Positions 26,869 through 41,109 are shown, counted from the first letter of the stretch. The stretch is DNA of 64,000 nucleotides from Chiloscyllium plagiosum (GCF_004010195.1 NC_057720.1:6984031-7048030); one strand, 5' to 3'. The notes: generated by a model not told the origin, from the letters alone. Made by a program: numbers and translations.

Positions 26869-27732
26869 GCTTATTTTTTCAAGAGTTTGCATCATTGAGA
26901 TGACCTTTGATTGCAACCTCTGCAGCTTTCTTCAGACGGTGTGGGTGCTGGTGAGGATTGTAAATTTACGAATTTCCTGCAATTAAAACCAGGAGGATTC
27001 CATCAACAGCAAAGCACTTATCGATCTTTCTGAAGTGGCAGCTTTCTATCGCTGATATAAGGATAAAAGGATGAAGATCAATTCATAAAAGATGCTCAAT
27101 AGAAGTAAATGGCTATTATAAATGACTGAAGTCAGTAATTATAATCACAAATGACTGCAACCTTGTTCCTCTTCATCGTTTCAAATGAAAAGAGCTGAAA
27201 TGAAACCTTAGTGGACAGATATCCAAATTCCAGCTCTCTGTTCACAATCTTTCTTTTGCTGGTGTGGTAATTACAACTTTTACAGGACGGATAAGACTTT
27301 TCCTATAACATCGATCAGTGCTGTTCAATAGAATTTACTTAAATAATGAATATCTATGCCATGGAGCTTTGAACAATGAAACTCAGAGTCCACAGAAGTT
27401 GTCAATGATTCACAAAGGTCAATATGTTATTGATCTCCACTTGAGAGATAATTACAAACTAACCTATCAACAAAGCACGAAGGTAAGTCACTTGGCCAGT
27501 TTGAGCCTGCACTGTCACTCAATCACATCATGGTTTATATGATTTTAACCTCAAATGTACACTTCTGCATATTCAATAATTTTTCATCCCCTCAGTCATC
27601 AAGAATCTATCAACCTCTATCTTAAAAATATTTGGTAGCCATGATGTGGAGGTGCCGCTGTTGGATTGGAGTGGACCAAGTCAAAAATCACGCATTACCA
27701 GGTTATTGTCCTACAGGTTTATTTGGAAACAC

Positions 27733-27761
27733 TAGCTTTCGGAGCACTGCTCCTTCATCAG
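27733..27761 (-). ncRNA. Minimal hammerhead motif, short PLE family B
   Basis: Minus strand CTGATGA-A-GGAGC-agt-GCTCC-GAAA-GC-TA-gtg. Confidence 0.62.
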
Positions 27762-28437
27762 CTACCTGTATCTATTTTGAGGAAGGAAACTGCAAAGACT
27801 CACAACTCTCTGAGAGAAAAAAAAACTGTTTCCTCATCTCTGTCTTCAATCGGCAACCCCTTATTCTGACCCCTCGTTCCACAAGACAAAACATCCTTTT
27901 GATTTCCACCTGGTCAAATGCCCTCAGGATCTCATATGTTTCCATTAATCATCAACGGATACAGGCTCAGTCTGTCTATCCTTTCCTCCTCAGGCAATTC
28001 TCTCACTCCCGGTAATAGTCTAGTGGGAGCAAATTACTGCAGATGCTGGAATCTGTCCTGAAAACAACAAACACTGGAGATCACAGCGTGTCAGGCAACA
28101 TCCACGGAGAGGGGGAAGGGTTTCGAGTTAAGATGACTTTTCATCAGGGCTGGCATGAAGTGTGGAGGTGGCAGCATTTATACAATAGTGTGGGTATGGA
28201 GTGCTGAGAGAGAAGGGTAGATTGGGTGATTGGAATGTGAGAATGGCAGAACAATGGCGTGTCTAACTGGAAGACTTGAAAGAGAAGACAGGGAGTAATG
28301 GAGGACTGCAGACATTGGAGAGTCAGAGTCAAAAACTGTGGAGGGGACATCAGGAATGAAGGGCTTATGAAAAAGAAAACAAGGGCATAACCTTTTAGTA
28401 CAACAACATTTCACAAGCAAGGGCATTATGATCAAAA

Positions 28438-28732
28438 AACTAGAGGGCATAGATTTAGGGTGAGAGGGGAAAGATGTAAAAGAGACCTAAGGGACAACTT
28501 TTTCATGCAGAGGGTGGTACGTGTATGGAATGTGCTGTCAGAGGAAGTAGAGGAGGCTGGTAAAATTACATTTAAAAGGCATCTGAATGGTTATATGAAT
28601 AGGAAGGGTTTAAAGGGATATGGACCAAATGCTGGAAAATGGGAGGAGTTTAATTTAGGATATCTGGTCGGCATGAGCAAGTTGGACCAAAAGTTTTGTT
28701 TCCGTGCTGTACAGGTTTATAATTCGATGAGA
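28438..28732 (+). mobile_element. CR1 3' fragment
   Basis: RGERCKRDLRDNFFMQRVVRVWNVLSEEV. Confidence 0.88.
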
Positions 28733-29114
28733 TAGCCTCTCCTTTCAATGAAACAAGAAAGGTTCATTCTTGTTTGATATCATACACTGCTTATTCAGCA
28801 ACACTTCTACTTCTCAGTTGGATGGTTCTGGGTTCAAATCCCACTCCAGGACAAAAGATCAACAACATCTGTAGAGAGGGAAACTGTTCAGAACAGGAGT
28901 GATTGCACTCGAAATTTTAACTCTGATTTTCTCTCTCCACAGATGCTGCTAGACCCGCTGAGCTTCTCCAGCAATTTCTGTATTTGTTTCGGATTTCCAG
29001 GATTAATTATCTATGATATGATCACAAAAAAACTCGAAGTTGGTATGCTAGTGTGGTGTGGAGGGAGTCCTGTTTCTCTCCACACTTTCTCTAAAGGTTG
29101 TAAAGGTCCTAAAT

Positions 29115-29432
29115 GGGCAGCAGGGTGGCTCAGTGGTCAGCACTGCTGCCTCACAGCGCCAGGGGCTCGGGTTTGATTCTAGCCTCGGGTGACTGTCTGT
29201 GTGGAGTTTGCACAGTCTCCCCGTGTCTGCGTGGGTTTCCTCCGGGTGCTCTGGTTTCCTCCCACAGTTGAAAGATGGGTTGCAAGTCAGATGGATTGGC
29301 CATGCTCAATTGCCTCATAGAGTTAGGTGTATCAGTCAGAGGGAAGTGGGTCTGGGTGGGTTGCTCTTCAGCGAGCTGGTGTGGACTTGTTGGGCCGAAT
29401 GGCCTGTTCACACTGTAGGTAATCTAATCTAA
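29115..29432 (+). mobile_element. HE1-type V-SINE (other copies: 2464-3035 cluster, 3658-4140, 10517-10845, 17105-17300, 17810-18145, 19790-20285 -, 25533-25670, 33660-34020, 34495-35078 cluster, 35467-35620 -, 47505-47838 -, 56238-56572 -, 61280-61563)
   Basis: Shared tRNA head, V-domain and ggacttgttgggccgaatggcctgtt..cacactgtagg tail. Confidence 0.88.
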
Positions 29433-29817
29433 AAATGGAGAAGCACTCAGTCATCAGCTGAGGTGGTGGTATGTGGTAGTCAGCAAAAGATTTTCTTTCT
29501 CTTATCCAACCTGACCCTATGAGACTATACGGGTTCCAGACTCACTGTTGAAGACTCAAAAGGCAACATCCACCTCATGATATATCATTGTGCTACCACC
29601 TCTGCTGGCTCTGCCCTGCTAATGGGACATGACATCCAGGGATGGTGATAGCGGTATCTGTGATCTTCAGTAAGGTACCATTCTGTGAGTACAACAACGT
29701 CGGCCTGATGCTTGACTCATCTGTGAGATATCTCTTCCCGTTTTGTCATTTGCCCTCCAAATGTTAGTAAGTAGGAATTTTCAGGATCTATCGGGCTTTT
29801 TCTACACTATCACATTC

Positions 29818-29845
29818 CTGATGAAGAGCCTATGCTCGAAACATC
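29818..29845 (+). ncRNA. Minimal hammerhead motif, short PLE family A
   Basis: CTGATGA-A-GAGC-ctat-GCTC-GAAA-CATC; stem II is compensatory relative to the 16301 copy. Confidence 0.62.
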
Positions 29846-30559
29846 GACTCTCCCGCTCCTCAGATGCTGCCTGACCTGCTGTGCTTTTCCAGCACCACAC
29901 TTTTTGACACTGTTTCTACCACTGTCGATTCCAGTGCTAGGTAAATGCCAGATAGTCCATCCAGTTTCACTCCTTCTTGGAGACTTTTAAGCAGTTATCA
30001 TACAATGAGTGGTTTGCTAGCCTATTTCATAAGGCAATTAAGAATTAACCACATAGCTCTAGAGTTGCATATTGTTTAGAGCTGGTGTTGACAGCAAATT
30101 TCTTTCCCCAAAGTGCGTTGGTGAACCAAACGGGTTTTAAATAGCAATGGTTTTGAATTCTACATTTAGTTTTAAAATTAGAATTGAACCAAAACCCCCA
30201 CAGCATTCTCTGGGTCTTTAGATTTCCGTGATTCTGAAGTTTAGATAAAACTAGACAAAAAAAATCTCTTCCCAATAGTCGCAAGGATGCAGGGATTGAA
30301 GATTCTGAGCAAGAGTTGCAGTGGCAGGAATGGGAGAAAGAGGTTTTCCAGACGGTAAGGGGTGATAGCTTGGAGCTTTCCATCCGCAGTAGGGTGGGGG
30401 GGGGGGGGGGGGGCGGAGGTGGAGGAAGAGTCGATGGAAGTTTTCTAAAGGAAATTTGAAGGCCATTCCAGGGGAAAAAAGGCTGGAGGATGTGAGGATT
30501 GACTGGAGGAGCAAAACTGTCTGCATTACTCCTGAGAGAGAGAGAGAGAGGAGACAGTT

Positions 30560-30990
30560 CAAAGTTTGGGTGAAGATTTGTAGCTCGGGTGCTCGTTGTT
30601 GTGGTTCTGTTCGCCGAGCTGGGAATTTTTGTTGCAAACGTTTCGTCCCCTGTCTAGGTCAAACGACAAGCAACATGAATTCGACTGGGACAACACTACC
30701 ATTATAGGCCAAGCCAAACAAAGAACAGCCAGGGAATTCCTAGAAGCATGGCACTCATCCACAAACTCCATCAACAAACAAATCGACCTGGACCCAATAT
30801 ACCAGCCACTACAGCAGACAGCTGAAACTGACAACCGGAAGCGGCAGGGACAGGCCACTATAAATGCCGAGAGGAAAGATCACAGAAGCGCTTCACAGGA
30901 GGCTCCCAAGCACTGAAGATGTCACCTAGACAGGGGATGAAACGTTTGCAACAAAAATTGCCAGCTCGGCGAACAGAACCACAACAACAA
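30560..30990 (+). mobile_element. 5'-truncated Penelope-like element, same family as 40554-41183
   Basis: DKQHEFDWDNTTIIGQAKQRTAREFLEAWHSSTNSINKQIDLDPIYQPL; inverted copy of the 3' end at 30560-30659; TSD-like gagacagt at 30551-30558 and 30993-31000. Confidence 0.88.
30913..30946 (+). ncRNA. Minimal hammerhead motif in a Penelope pseudo-LTR
   Basis: gca-CTGAAGA-T-GTCACCT-agac-AGGGGAT-GAAA-CGTT-tgc. Confidence 0.62.
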
Positions 30991-32561
30991 GAGAGACAGT
31001 CACCATGATATTCAAGGGTGAAATGGCCGTTTATGCTTTTCATTCCTTATGCACATAGAATGCCTGGATTCTAAAATTTTTCTGTCTTTAATGGTGGTGA
31101 CAGATTGATGTCTGTCCCCAAAAGCTTACCCAGAGAGAAAAACCAGTAAAAGAAAATCATTCACACTTGGAAATAGACGCAGTGGGAGATCCCAAATTGA
31201 AGATTTGGATATAATTCGGACCAGTCCATGTCACTTACCCATCTTTCTAGTTTATCCTTCTTAGAATCACAGAATATAGTATAGACTCTCTGACCCATCC
31301 AACTTGGGCCACCATCAATTCACTAGTTCCTACATTAGTCCCAGCTTCCTGCACTCGGCCACTCAGTTTAGGTGGGGGGTGGGGGGGGGGGGGGGTTGTT
31401 TTATTTACCCTGCCTAACAATACTCCACTAAAAAAGCCAGAGGGCCTAGTCATTTCTCTCCTTGCCATTTGTGGGGTCAGGTGGCACGCAGACTATGTAT
31501 TTCTCTGTTACAACAGCTCCAAGTACCTCATCAATTCTGAAGCACTCCCAACCATCCTAACGGTGCAACAGGGGCTAAACAAATGCAAGGTTCTGTCTTT
31601 CAGTTTGTCAAAATCAATTGTTCCTGTTCTCACACGTTTTCAGACTTTCAGATTCTCTTTTTCTCCTTCAAACCAATTTTTCAATTGGAATCAAACAGCA
31701 TGCACATTCAGAGATTTGACATTTGGAATTAAAATGCAGTATCCTTCTACCTCACAGTAATGAGTCCCATTTGAATCTTTTTAATTGGGAACCCTGGTGT
31801 AAAATGAAATTGCCCAATATATCAAACCATCTCTATTCAGCAAAATCCATTAGTATTGATTTAAATACATTAGAAATCAGTTGGAGCTTTAGATAATATT
31901 TCCTGCATAATAAAACGAGAACTCCGTCAGCCACATCCAGAGGAACATGCATCATCGAAATCTGAACTCATCTTTCAAAATACAAAAGGCCCGATAAATC
32001 ACCGCTGCTTCTATATCTCTTTTGAAAGATTTAATCAAAAAGTAAAATGTTGCCACACTAAAAATGAGCTCAAATTTAAAGGAATCTGTGTTCCATTGAA
32101 TTCCAGTTAAATCACATAGCAAATAATTTCGGCTCCCTACAGTACTGTAATGTCAGAACAGTAGCTCCTCTATGCCATGACTTCAATGCTACCCCTTCTA
32201 ATCCCAATTCCTCATTTTCACCTTGAACTTCCAATAATTTTCCTCTTCAATGCTCATCTCTCGATCCCTGCTCAATTGACTTTGTTACTTTTTCCTTCCC
32301 TACAGTGTCAGTTGCTGGTTGCATTCCCTGTTTGGACTCAATGGGTTGTGAAGTCAAGTTCACTGATGCTCCTTAGATAATTGTGGTATCAGAGAGGGCA
32401 CTGGATGATTATTTGGATGGAAACAATGTGCAAGGGTTTTGGGGTAAAGCAGGAGATGGGCACTCGGTAATTGTGATAATGTAACAAGCCAGAGCAGGCA
32501 CAATGGGCCAAATGGCCTCCTTCACCACTGCAACAATTCTGTAACTTCATTCCAGACACTT

Positions 32562-33470
32562 AGAGTCACAGAGCTGTACTGCACGGAAACAAACCCTTTG
32601 GTCCAACTTGTCCAAACCGACCAGATATCATAATTTAACCCAGTCCCATTTGCCAGCATTTGGCCCATATCCCTCTAAACATTTCCTATGCATATACACA
32701 TCCAGATGCCTTTTAAATGTTGTAATTGTACCAGCCTCCACCACATTCTCTGGCAGCTCATTCCATACACGTACCACCCTCTGCATGAAAAAGTTGTCTC
32801 TTAGGTCTCTTTTAAATCTTTCCCCTCTCACCCTATTTGCCCTCTAGATTTTTGATCATAATGTCCTTGCTTGCAAAATCTTTGACATGTTGTTATAGAA
32901 TCAGAGGTGTACAGCATGGAAACAGATCTTTTGGTCCAACTTGTCCATGCCGACCAGATATCCCAACCCAATCTAGTCCCACCTGCCAGCACCCAACCCA
33001 TATCCCTCCAAACCCTTCCTATTCATATACCCATCCAAATGCCTTTTAAATATTGCAAATGTACCAGCCTCCACCACTTCTTCCGGCAGCTCATTCCATA
33101 CACGTACCACTCTCTGTGTGAAAACGTTGCCCCTTAGGTCTCTTTTATATTTCCCTCTCCTCACCCTAAACCTATGCCCTCTAGTTCTGGACTCCCCGAC
33201 CCCAGAGAAAAGACTTTGTCTATTTATCCTATTCATGCCCCTCATGATTTTATTCCTTGTAAATCTTTTCTGAACCCTTTCAAGTTTCACAACATCTTTC
33301 CGATAGGAAGGAGACCAGAATTGCACGCAATATTCCAACAGTGGCCTAACCAATGTCCTGTACAGCCGCAACATGACCTCCCAACTCCTGTACTCAATAT
33401 TCTGACCAATAAAGGAAAACATACCCAACGTCTTCTTCACTATCCTATCTACCTGCGATTCCACTTTCAA
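32562..33470 (-). mobile_element. Two adjacent CR1 3' fragments (32562-32850 and 32895-33470)
   Basis: ORFs 32628-32831 and 32973-33470 are CR1 ORF2 C-termini (LYRTLVRPLLEYCVQFWSPSYRKD, FTQRVVRVWNELPEEVV). Confidence 0.9.
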
Positions 33471-36400
33471 GTACTAAAAGATTATGTAAATGCAAGCCAC
33501 TGTTTTCTTTTACAAAAACCCTCTCCTTACCTTCTCTAATAAACCCCTGATGACATTCATTTCTTCTATCACTGAATGTAGGCATCCTTATTGGCCAATG
33601 AGTGCTTTGCTGGGCCATTTCAGAGGATATTTTCAAATCAACCATGTTGCTGTGGATCTGGGCAGCACAGTGGTTCAGTGGTTAGCACTGCTGCCTCACA
33701 GCGTCAGGAACCCGAGTTTGATTCCAGCCTCTGGCCCCTGACTGTGGGGATTGCACATTATCCCTGTGTCTGCCTGGGTTTCCTCCATGTGCTCCAGTTT
33801 CTTCCCAAGTCCAAAGGTGCCCTTGTGGCAGCAGGTTAGGTGAATTGGCCATACTAACTTATCCATAGTATTCAGGGATGTTTAGATTAGGTACATAAGT
33901 CAGAGGTAAATGTAGAGTAATAGGGTCGGGGGAATGGGTCTGGATGGGTTACTCTTTGGAGTGTTGGTGTGGACTTGTTGGGCCGAATGGTCTGTTTCCA
34001 CACTACAAGAGTTCTATGAAATGGATATATTCTTTGGGTCACATGTCAGCTAGACCAGGGAAGGACAGCAGATTTCCTGCCCTCGAGCTCATCAGTGATT
34101 CAAATGAGATTCTATATAATGGGATTCTAGTTTTATGGTCTTGGTCACTTAGACTACATGTGGATTTTTACAACAATCACTGATAGTTCTTATTGTCATG
34201 GTTACTGAGATTAGCTTTAAATCTGTAATGCCAGATTTATTCATTGACTGTGAACTTAAATCCCATGAGCTGCTGTAGTGGGGTTTGAACTCATATCCCT
34301 AGACGATCAGTCTGGGCTTACCAGAACCCAGTGATATTACTACAACTGTCATCATCACCAGCATAGATTACCTTTCAGTATTTATAATTTTACTTGTTCC
34401 TGCCCTTGTGGCAGCATCTTTTCATCCTTAAGATATAAGATTTCCTTCTTAAATCTCTCTGCCTCACTTCCTTGCTTTCCATTTGCAGTACAAAGGCAGC
34501 ACGGTGGCTCAGTGATTAGCACCGCTGCCTCATAGCGCCAGGGACTCAATTTCAATTCCAGCCTTGGGCGACTGTCTGTGCCAGTTTCTTCTGGGTGCTC
34601 CAGTTTCCTCCCACAGTCCAATGATGTGTAGGTTTGTGGATTGGCCATGCTAAATTGCCTATTTAGAATCCCTACAGTGTGGAAAAGGCCCTTCGGCCCA
34701 ACCAGTAACCCAGCCAGACACATTCCCTTATTCTATTATCCTTCATTTACCTCTGACTAAGACATCTAACCTACACATCCCTGCACACTATGGACAATTC
34801 AACATGGCCAATCCACCGAACCTGCACATATTTGGATTGTGGGAGGAAACCAGAGCACCCGGAGGAAACCCGCACAGACACTGGGAGAATGTGCAAACGT
34901 CGCACAAACAGTTTCCCGAAGCTGGGATTGAACTCGGGTCCCTGGGGCTGTGAGGCAGCAGTGCTAACCATTGAGCCACACATAGTGTCTGGGGAAGTGT
35001 AGGTTAGGTAGATTAGCCATGGGAAATGCAGGGGAAAGATGGGTGAATCTGAATGGCCTGTTTCCACACTGTAGGATTTTGTGAATTCTTCTTGTGTTGT
35101 TGACTGAGGTTCTGGTCATCTAAACTAACCTGTGGCTCTGTTTCAGATGTAATTTTACACAGAAAAATAGGTGCTGGAGTAGGCCATTCAGCTCTTCCAG
35201 CCTGCACCACCATTCAATACGATCATGGCTGGTCACGCAACTTCAGTGTCCCACTCTTGCTTTCTCCCCAGAACCCTTGATCCCTTTAGTCACAAAGAGC
35301 ACTTGCAGCTCCCTCTTGAATATATCTAATGAACTTACCCCAACAGCTTTTTAACCCTTCTGTGAATGTCTTGGGATATACCATTACTCACAATGTGCTG
35401 TATAAATAAACTGTCAGTGTTGTTAAGCTTGCACAGGGATGAACCAGGACGCCTTAATTCACAGAATCAGAGAATTCCTGCAGTGTGGAAACAGGCCATT
35501 TGACCCATCGAGTCCACACCGGCCCGCCAAAGAGCATCCCATGCAGACCCAACCCTTACCCTAATCCTGTAACCCTGCAATTCCCATGGCCAATCCACTT
35601 TACCTGCACTCACATTTGGACTCACATTAGTTTTCCTCACATAATGATTGCCATCCACTAGAATGATCCAAACACCCGAACATGTCCTTTGCAAAATGTC
35701 TCCCCTGATTGATCATCATTTGACATATTTCCTCAGCCTTGCAAGGGACTGTTAGCTGTGGATGTAAATTTCGGAGCTTTGAAGCCACAATTTTGTGAAC
35801 TATTAACTGAGTAGAATGTGTACAGATTAAAACAAACATCAAAACATGTTCTCATTCATAGGATGTGGATGTCACTGGCTAGACCAGCATTTATTACGTA
35901 TCCTTAAGTGCCTAGAGGGCATTTGGGAGTCAACACCATTGCTGTGGGTCTGGAGTCACATGTCGGCCAGACCAGGTAAGGATAGCAGTTTCCTTCCCTA
36001 AAGGGCATTAGTGAACCAGATTTTTTCCTGACAATTGGCACTGAATCACCGATTGTCATTAGGCTCTTTTCTACTGAATTTAAACTCCACCATTTGCCTT
36101 GACCCAGGTCCCCAGAATATTACTTGGGTCACTGGATTAACAGCCCAGTGATAACACCATGAGGTCACCACCTTCCATTAGTTGTGCCACTGAAATGTTT
36201 TTCCTCCTAATTCACAGCTCCTTTTAATTACTTAAACAGGTTAGTCAAAGTTTTTTGTGGATTGTCAGATGATATTCCTGTAACTGGCAAACTTTGCAGC
36301 TAAATTTTTCCTTGAATTTGCCAAACATACCACCATACATATCTTGTTTCTCCTGTTAGCGCACCTATCTGTGAATTGACTTTCCTTATAAAAAATGGCA

Positions 36401-36810
36401 TCACTGTGATCATGCCATCTAAATAATCTATCAAGCGTTTCCATCTGTGTTCCAATGTCTGGCTGACCTGAAAGTTCCCAAACAAATTCACTTGATTAAT
36501 TCAGACATTCTCACTAATTCAATTTCTGTGTGCAAACCCAGTTCCTTTCTCAATACCCCGTCACTGTAATTTTCCACAGATCTGTGCTTGCCACTCAGGT
36601 GTCTCATATTTCCCACATCTTTCTCTGCTGTATCTTTGGCAGCCATGCCTTTGGTCACCTTGACTCTATGTTCTGGAACTCCCTCCTCAGACGTGTCCCA
36701 CTAAATATACAGTGGGGCAGCGTGATGGCTCAGTTGACAGCACTGCTGCCTCACAGCGCTGGGGACCCAAATTCGACTTCACCTTCAGGCAACTGTCTGT
36801 GTGGAGTTCA

Positions 36811-37960
36811 TATATAGAACAACACAGTACAGGTCTTTCAGCCCTCGATGTTGCACCAACCTGTGAACTTAATTTGATGCCCATTTAACCTACAGTGTTG
36901 CATTATTATCCATATGTCTGTCCAATGTCCATTTGAATGCTCTTAACTTTTGCGAGTTTACTACTATTGCAGTAAGGCCACTCCACACCCCTATTACTCT
37001 CTGATATCTGTCCTATATCTATCACCCCTCAATTTAAAGCTATGTTCCCGCATGATAGCCTTCACCATCCAAGGAAAAAGGCTTTCACTGTCCACCCTAA
37101 GTCTCTGATTATCTTCTATGTCTCAATTAAGTCACCTCTCAACCTTCTCCTCTCCAATGAAAACAACCTCAGTTCCCTCAGTCTTTCCTCCTAAGACCTT
37201 CCTTCCATACCAGGCAACATCCAAATAAATCTCCTCTGAACCCTTTCCAAAGCTCCCACATCCTTCCTATAATGCGGTGACTAGAACTGTACACAATTCT
37301 CCAGGTGCGGCTGAAGCATGACCTCGTGGCTCCGAAACTCAGTCCCTGTGTCTGTGTAGGTTTCCCCCACAGTCTAAAGATAGAGTCATAGAGTCATACA
37401 GCACAGAAACAGACCCCCTTCGGTCCAACCACTCCATGCCGAACATATTCCCAAACTAAACTAGTCCCACCTGCCTGCTCCTGGCCCATATCCCTCCAAA
37501 CCTTTCATATCCATGTACTTACCAAAATGTCTTTTAAACATTGTAATTTTACCCACATCTACCATTTCCTCAGTAAGTTCATCCCACATGGGAATCACCC
37601 TGTGTAAAATAAACTGTCCCCTCGTGTCTTTTCTAAATCTTTCTTACCTTAAAGATGCACCCTCTACTCTTGAAATTCCTCATCCTAGGGAAAAGACAAG
37701 TATCATTAACTCTATCAGTACCCCTCATTATTTTATAAACTTCTATAAGCCAGCCTCTCAACTCCTACGCTCCAGTGAAAAAGGTCCCAGCCTATCCAGC
37801 CGTCAAACCTTCTGTACCAGGCAACATCCTGGTAAACCTCTTCTGAACCCTCTCTAGCTTATTACTATTCTTCCCATAACTGGGCGACCAGAATTGAACA
37901 CAATATTGCAGAAGAGGCCTCACCAATGTGTTATACAATGTCAACATGACTTCCCAACTC
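36811..37960 (-). mobile_element. Two CR1 3' fragments (36811-37343 and 37381-37960) nested in an HE1 SINE
   Basis: tagaac / tagagtcatagag tails; CR1 UTR and C-terminal coding remnants. Confidence 0.85.
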
Positions 37961-38804
37961 TTATATTAAGTAACGCTCCCAGGATCGGTACACTCAAACC
38001 CCTGTGGTTCCCAACAGTCAATGAAGCCCAAAAGCACACTGCTGGGCCCTGCACATACCTCCTCCAGAGATTCCTGGTCACGGACTGAACCAGGGGTGAG
38101 GGGCAGGCAGCTGGGTGAAAAGACTGCCTCAGCTGCAACTCCAGAAAGGTGAACCATAGCAAAAAACGCAGGTAAAGTGGATTAGCTGCCAGAAATGCAA
38201 GAACGTGACAGGATAGGAGGATGGTCTCAGTGGGCTGCTCTTTGGAAGGTCAGTGTGGACTTGATAGGCTGAATGGCATGCTTCCACACTGTAGGGATTC
38301 CATGATACTACTTTGGCCAGACCTGTTCTACTGTCTCAATCTTTGGCTTCTCATCAGCTTCAGGCATTTGGCTGCATTGAATGATATAGCTCAAGGTTAT
38401 TATTGCTCGTATCTCCATATCATCAACACTCGATGCATGTTTATATGACTCCAGTCACATTACAATTGCTAACTGCCCTCTGACATGGCCTAGTAAGCCA
38501 CTCAGTTCAAGGGCAAGTACAGATGGGTGACAAATGTCAGTCTTGCCAGTGTTGCCCACATCATATATCAGAATTACAAAAAACCTATTCTCTGCAAATG
38601 CAAGTGCTGCATTCTAAGCACTCTATCAGGAAGGATGTTTCTTCTGAATTTCTTCTTGGATTTACTGGTGACCAAGTGGAAGGACCTTTTCAATATTGAC
38701 CCATAATAGCCTCAAAGATCGTTATCAAATCACCTCATACCAATCTTTTAGAAACAGTCAAAGCCCTGCTCAATTTTTCCCAATTCTTCAGTTTCAGTGT
38801 TGGA

Positions 38805-39770
38805 GAACAGAACACAGTATAGAACAGGAACAGGCCCTTTGGCCTGCCATGTCTGTGCCGACCACAATGCCATTTTAAACTAATCCCACCTGCTTGCACA
38901 TGGTCCACATCTGTCAATTCCCCGCCTGTTTATGTGTCTGCCTAAATCCTTCTTAAAATTTGCTGACATATCTCCTTCTACCACTTCCAGGCACCTACCA
39001 CTCCATGTGTAAAAAACTAGCTTTGCACATCTCCTTTATACTTTCCCCCTCTCAACTTAAACCTAATCCCCCAAGTATTTGACATTTCCACACAGGAAAG
39101 AGACTCTGACTCTCCACCCTATCGATGTCTCTCATAATTTTATATATTTCTATCAGATCAGCCCTCAGCCTGATGAGAACCACCTAAGTGCAACCAACTT
39201 CCCATTTGCTAACATGTTCCAATCCAGGCAACATCCTGGTCAACCTCTTTCACACTGTCTTCAAATCTTCCACATCCACACCACAGAGTGGGGAACAAAA
39301 CCATGCAAATGTGGTCTGACTAAAATTTTACACAGCTGCAACACGACCTGCCAACTTTTATACTCAATGCCCTGACCAAAGAAGGTAAGCAAGCTGTATG
39401 CCATTTTTTTAAACCACATCATCTACTTCTGTTGCCACTTTCAGGGAGCTATGGACTTGGACCCCGAGATCCCTCTAGAAATTAATGCTCCTAAGGGTCC
39501 TGACATTTACTGTATACTTTCCTCTTGCATCTGAGCTCCCAAAATGCATCACCTCGCACTTGCCTGGATTAGACTCCATCTGCCATTTCCCCGCCAGACT
39601 GTCTAACTTACTGGTATCGTTTTGACAATTTTCCTCACTATCTACAACTCCACCAATTTTTGTGACATCTTACTAATCAGATCATCTACATTTTCATCCA
39701 AATCACTTTCCTATATTACAAACTGGAGGTTCCAGCACCGACCCTTGCGGAACACAGACGTCCAGTCAGA
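38805..39770 (-). mobile_element. Older CR1 3' fragment (related small piece at 40178-40372)
   Basis: agaacagaac tail; minus-strand QME..KCEVMHFG and RDLGVQVH motifs. Confidence 0.8.
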
Positions 39771-40630
39771 AGAACGTCATCCATTTCATTGTCCTTTTGC
39801 AACTTCTCCAATGTCTTTGTACTCTATTCAAAACATGAAACAAAACTTTCCGATTTATTGGCCTTTGGGTACTTTGGTGGGTTGGTAGACTTGGCAGTGG
39901 TGACCTGCCTTTCAGTTTGACCTTATGTCCAATTGAGAATCCTGCCTCAGAGATCGCTGTTCACTGAGGGGTGGTGGGCAGCTATTGAAGACGACATCTT
40001 GAATCAGCATATTCCCATCGCAAAGGTGGCTAACAGCTTTCATTGTGTTTGTGGTGAAAATGCTGTCCAAGGAAACCCAAACTGAGAGGTGCAATTATCA
40101 GTGGGCTAGTAACTCAGACATCCCAGGCAATCTTCTGGGAACTGGGGTTCAAATCCTGCCATGGCACATAGTGAAGCCGTATGCCATTTTATAACCACCC
40201 TACCCCTTTCTGTTGCCACTTTCAGAGAGTGATGGACTTGGACCCCGAGATCCCTCTGTATATCAATGCTCCTCATGGTCCTGACATTTACTGTATACTT
40301 TCCTCTTGCGCCTGAACTCCCAAAATGCATCACCTCGCATTTGTCTGGATTAAACTCCATCTGCCATTTCTCCCCCTCAATAAAAATCTGAAATAAATGG
40401 CAAATGTAACCATCACCGATTATTGTAAAATTCCATTTGGTTCACTCATGTCCTTTAGTGAAGGAAACCTGGATGTGGTTCCAGACCCATGGCAATGTGA
40501 TTGACACTTTGGCAATAAATGCTGGCCAGCATCCAATGCATGAATACACTGATCAAAGTTTGGGAGAAGATTTGTAGCTCGGGTGCTCGTTGTTGTGGTT
40601 CTGTTCGCCGAGCTGGAAATTTTTGTTGCA

Positions 40631-40662
40631 AACGTTTCGTCCCGTCTAGGTGACATCCTCAG
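40631..40662 (-). ncRNA. Minimal hammerhead motif, inverted copy in the same element
   Basis: Minus strand gca-CTGAGGA-T-GTCACCTAGACGGGAC-GAAA-CGTT-tgc; 2-nt deletion in stem II. Confidence 0.6.
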
Positions 40663-41109
40663 TGCTTGGGAGCCTCCTGTGAAGCCCTTCTGTGGTGTTT
40701 CCTCCGGCATTTATAGTGGCGTTGATGATCCAGTGTGTTTTCTCTATTTCTGTGTTTGTACACTAATGTTGTGTACAAAATCCCATGCAAGGACTGCACA
40801 AAACACTATATAGGATAAACAGGAAGACAGCTAACGATCCGCATCCATAAACATCAACTAGCCACACATGCAGACGACAAGCAACATGAATTCGACTGGG
40901 ACAACACTACCATTATAGGGCAAGCCAAACAGAGAACAGCCAGGGAATTCCTAGAAGCATGGCACTCATCCACAAACACATCGACCTGGACCCAATATAC
41001 CGGCCACTACAGCGGACAGCTGAAACTGACAACCGGAAGCGGCAGGGACAGGCCACTATAAATGCCGGAGGAAACACCACAGAAGCGCTTCACAGGAGGC
41101 TCCCAAGCA

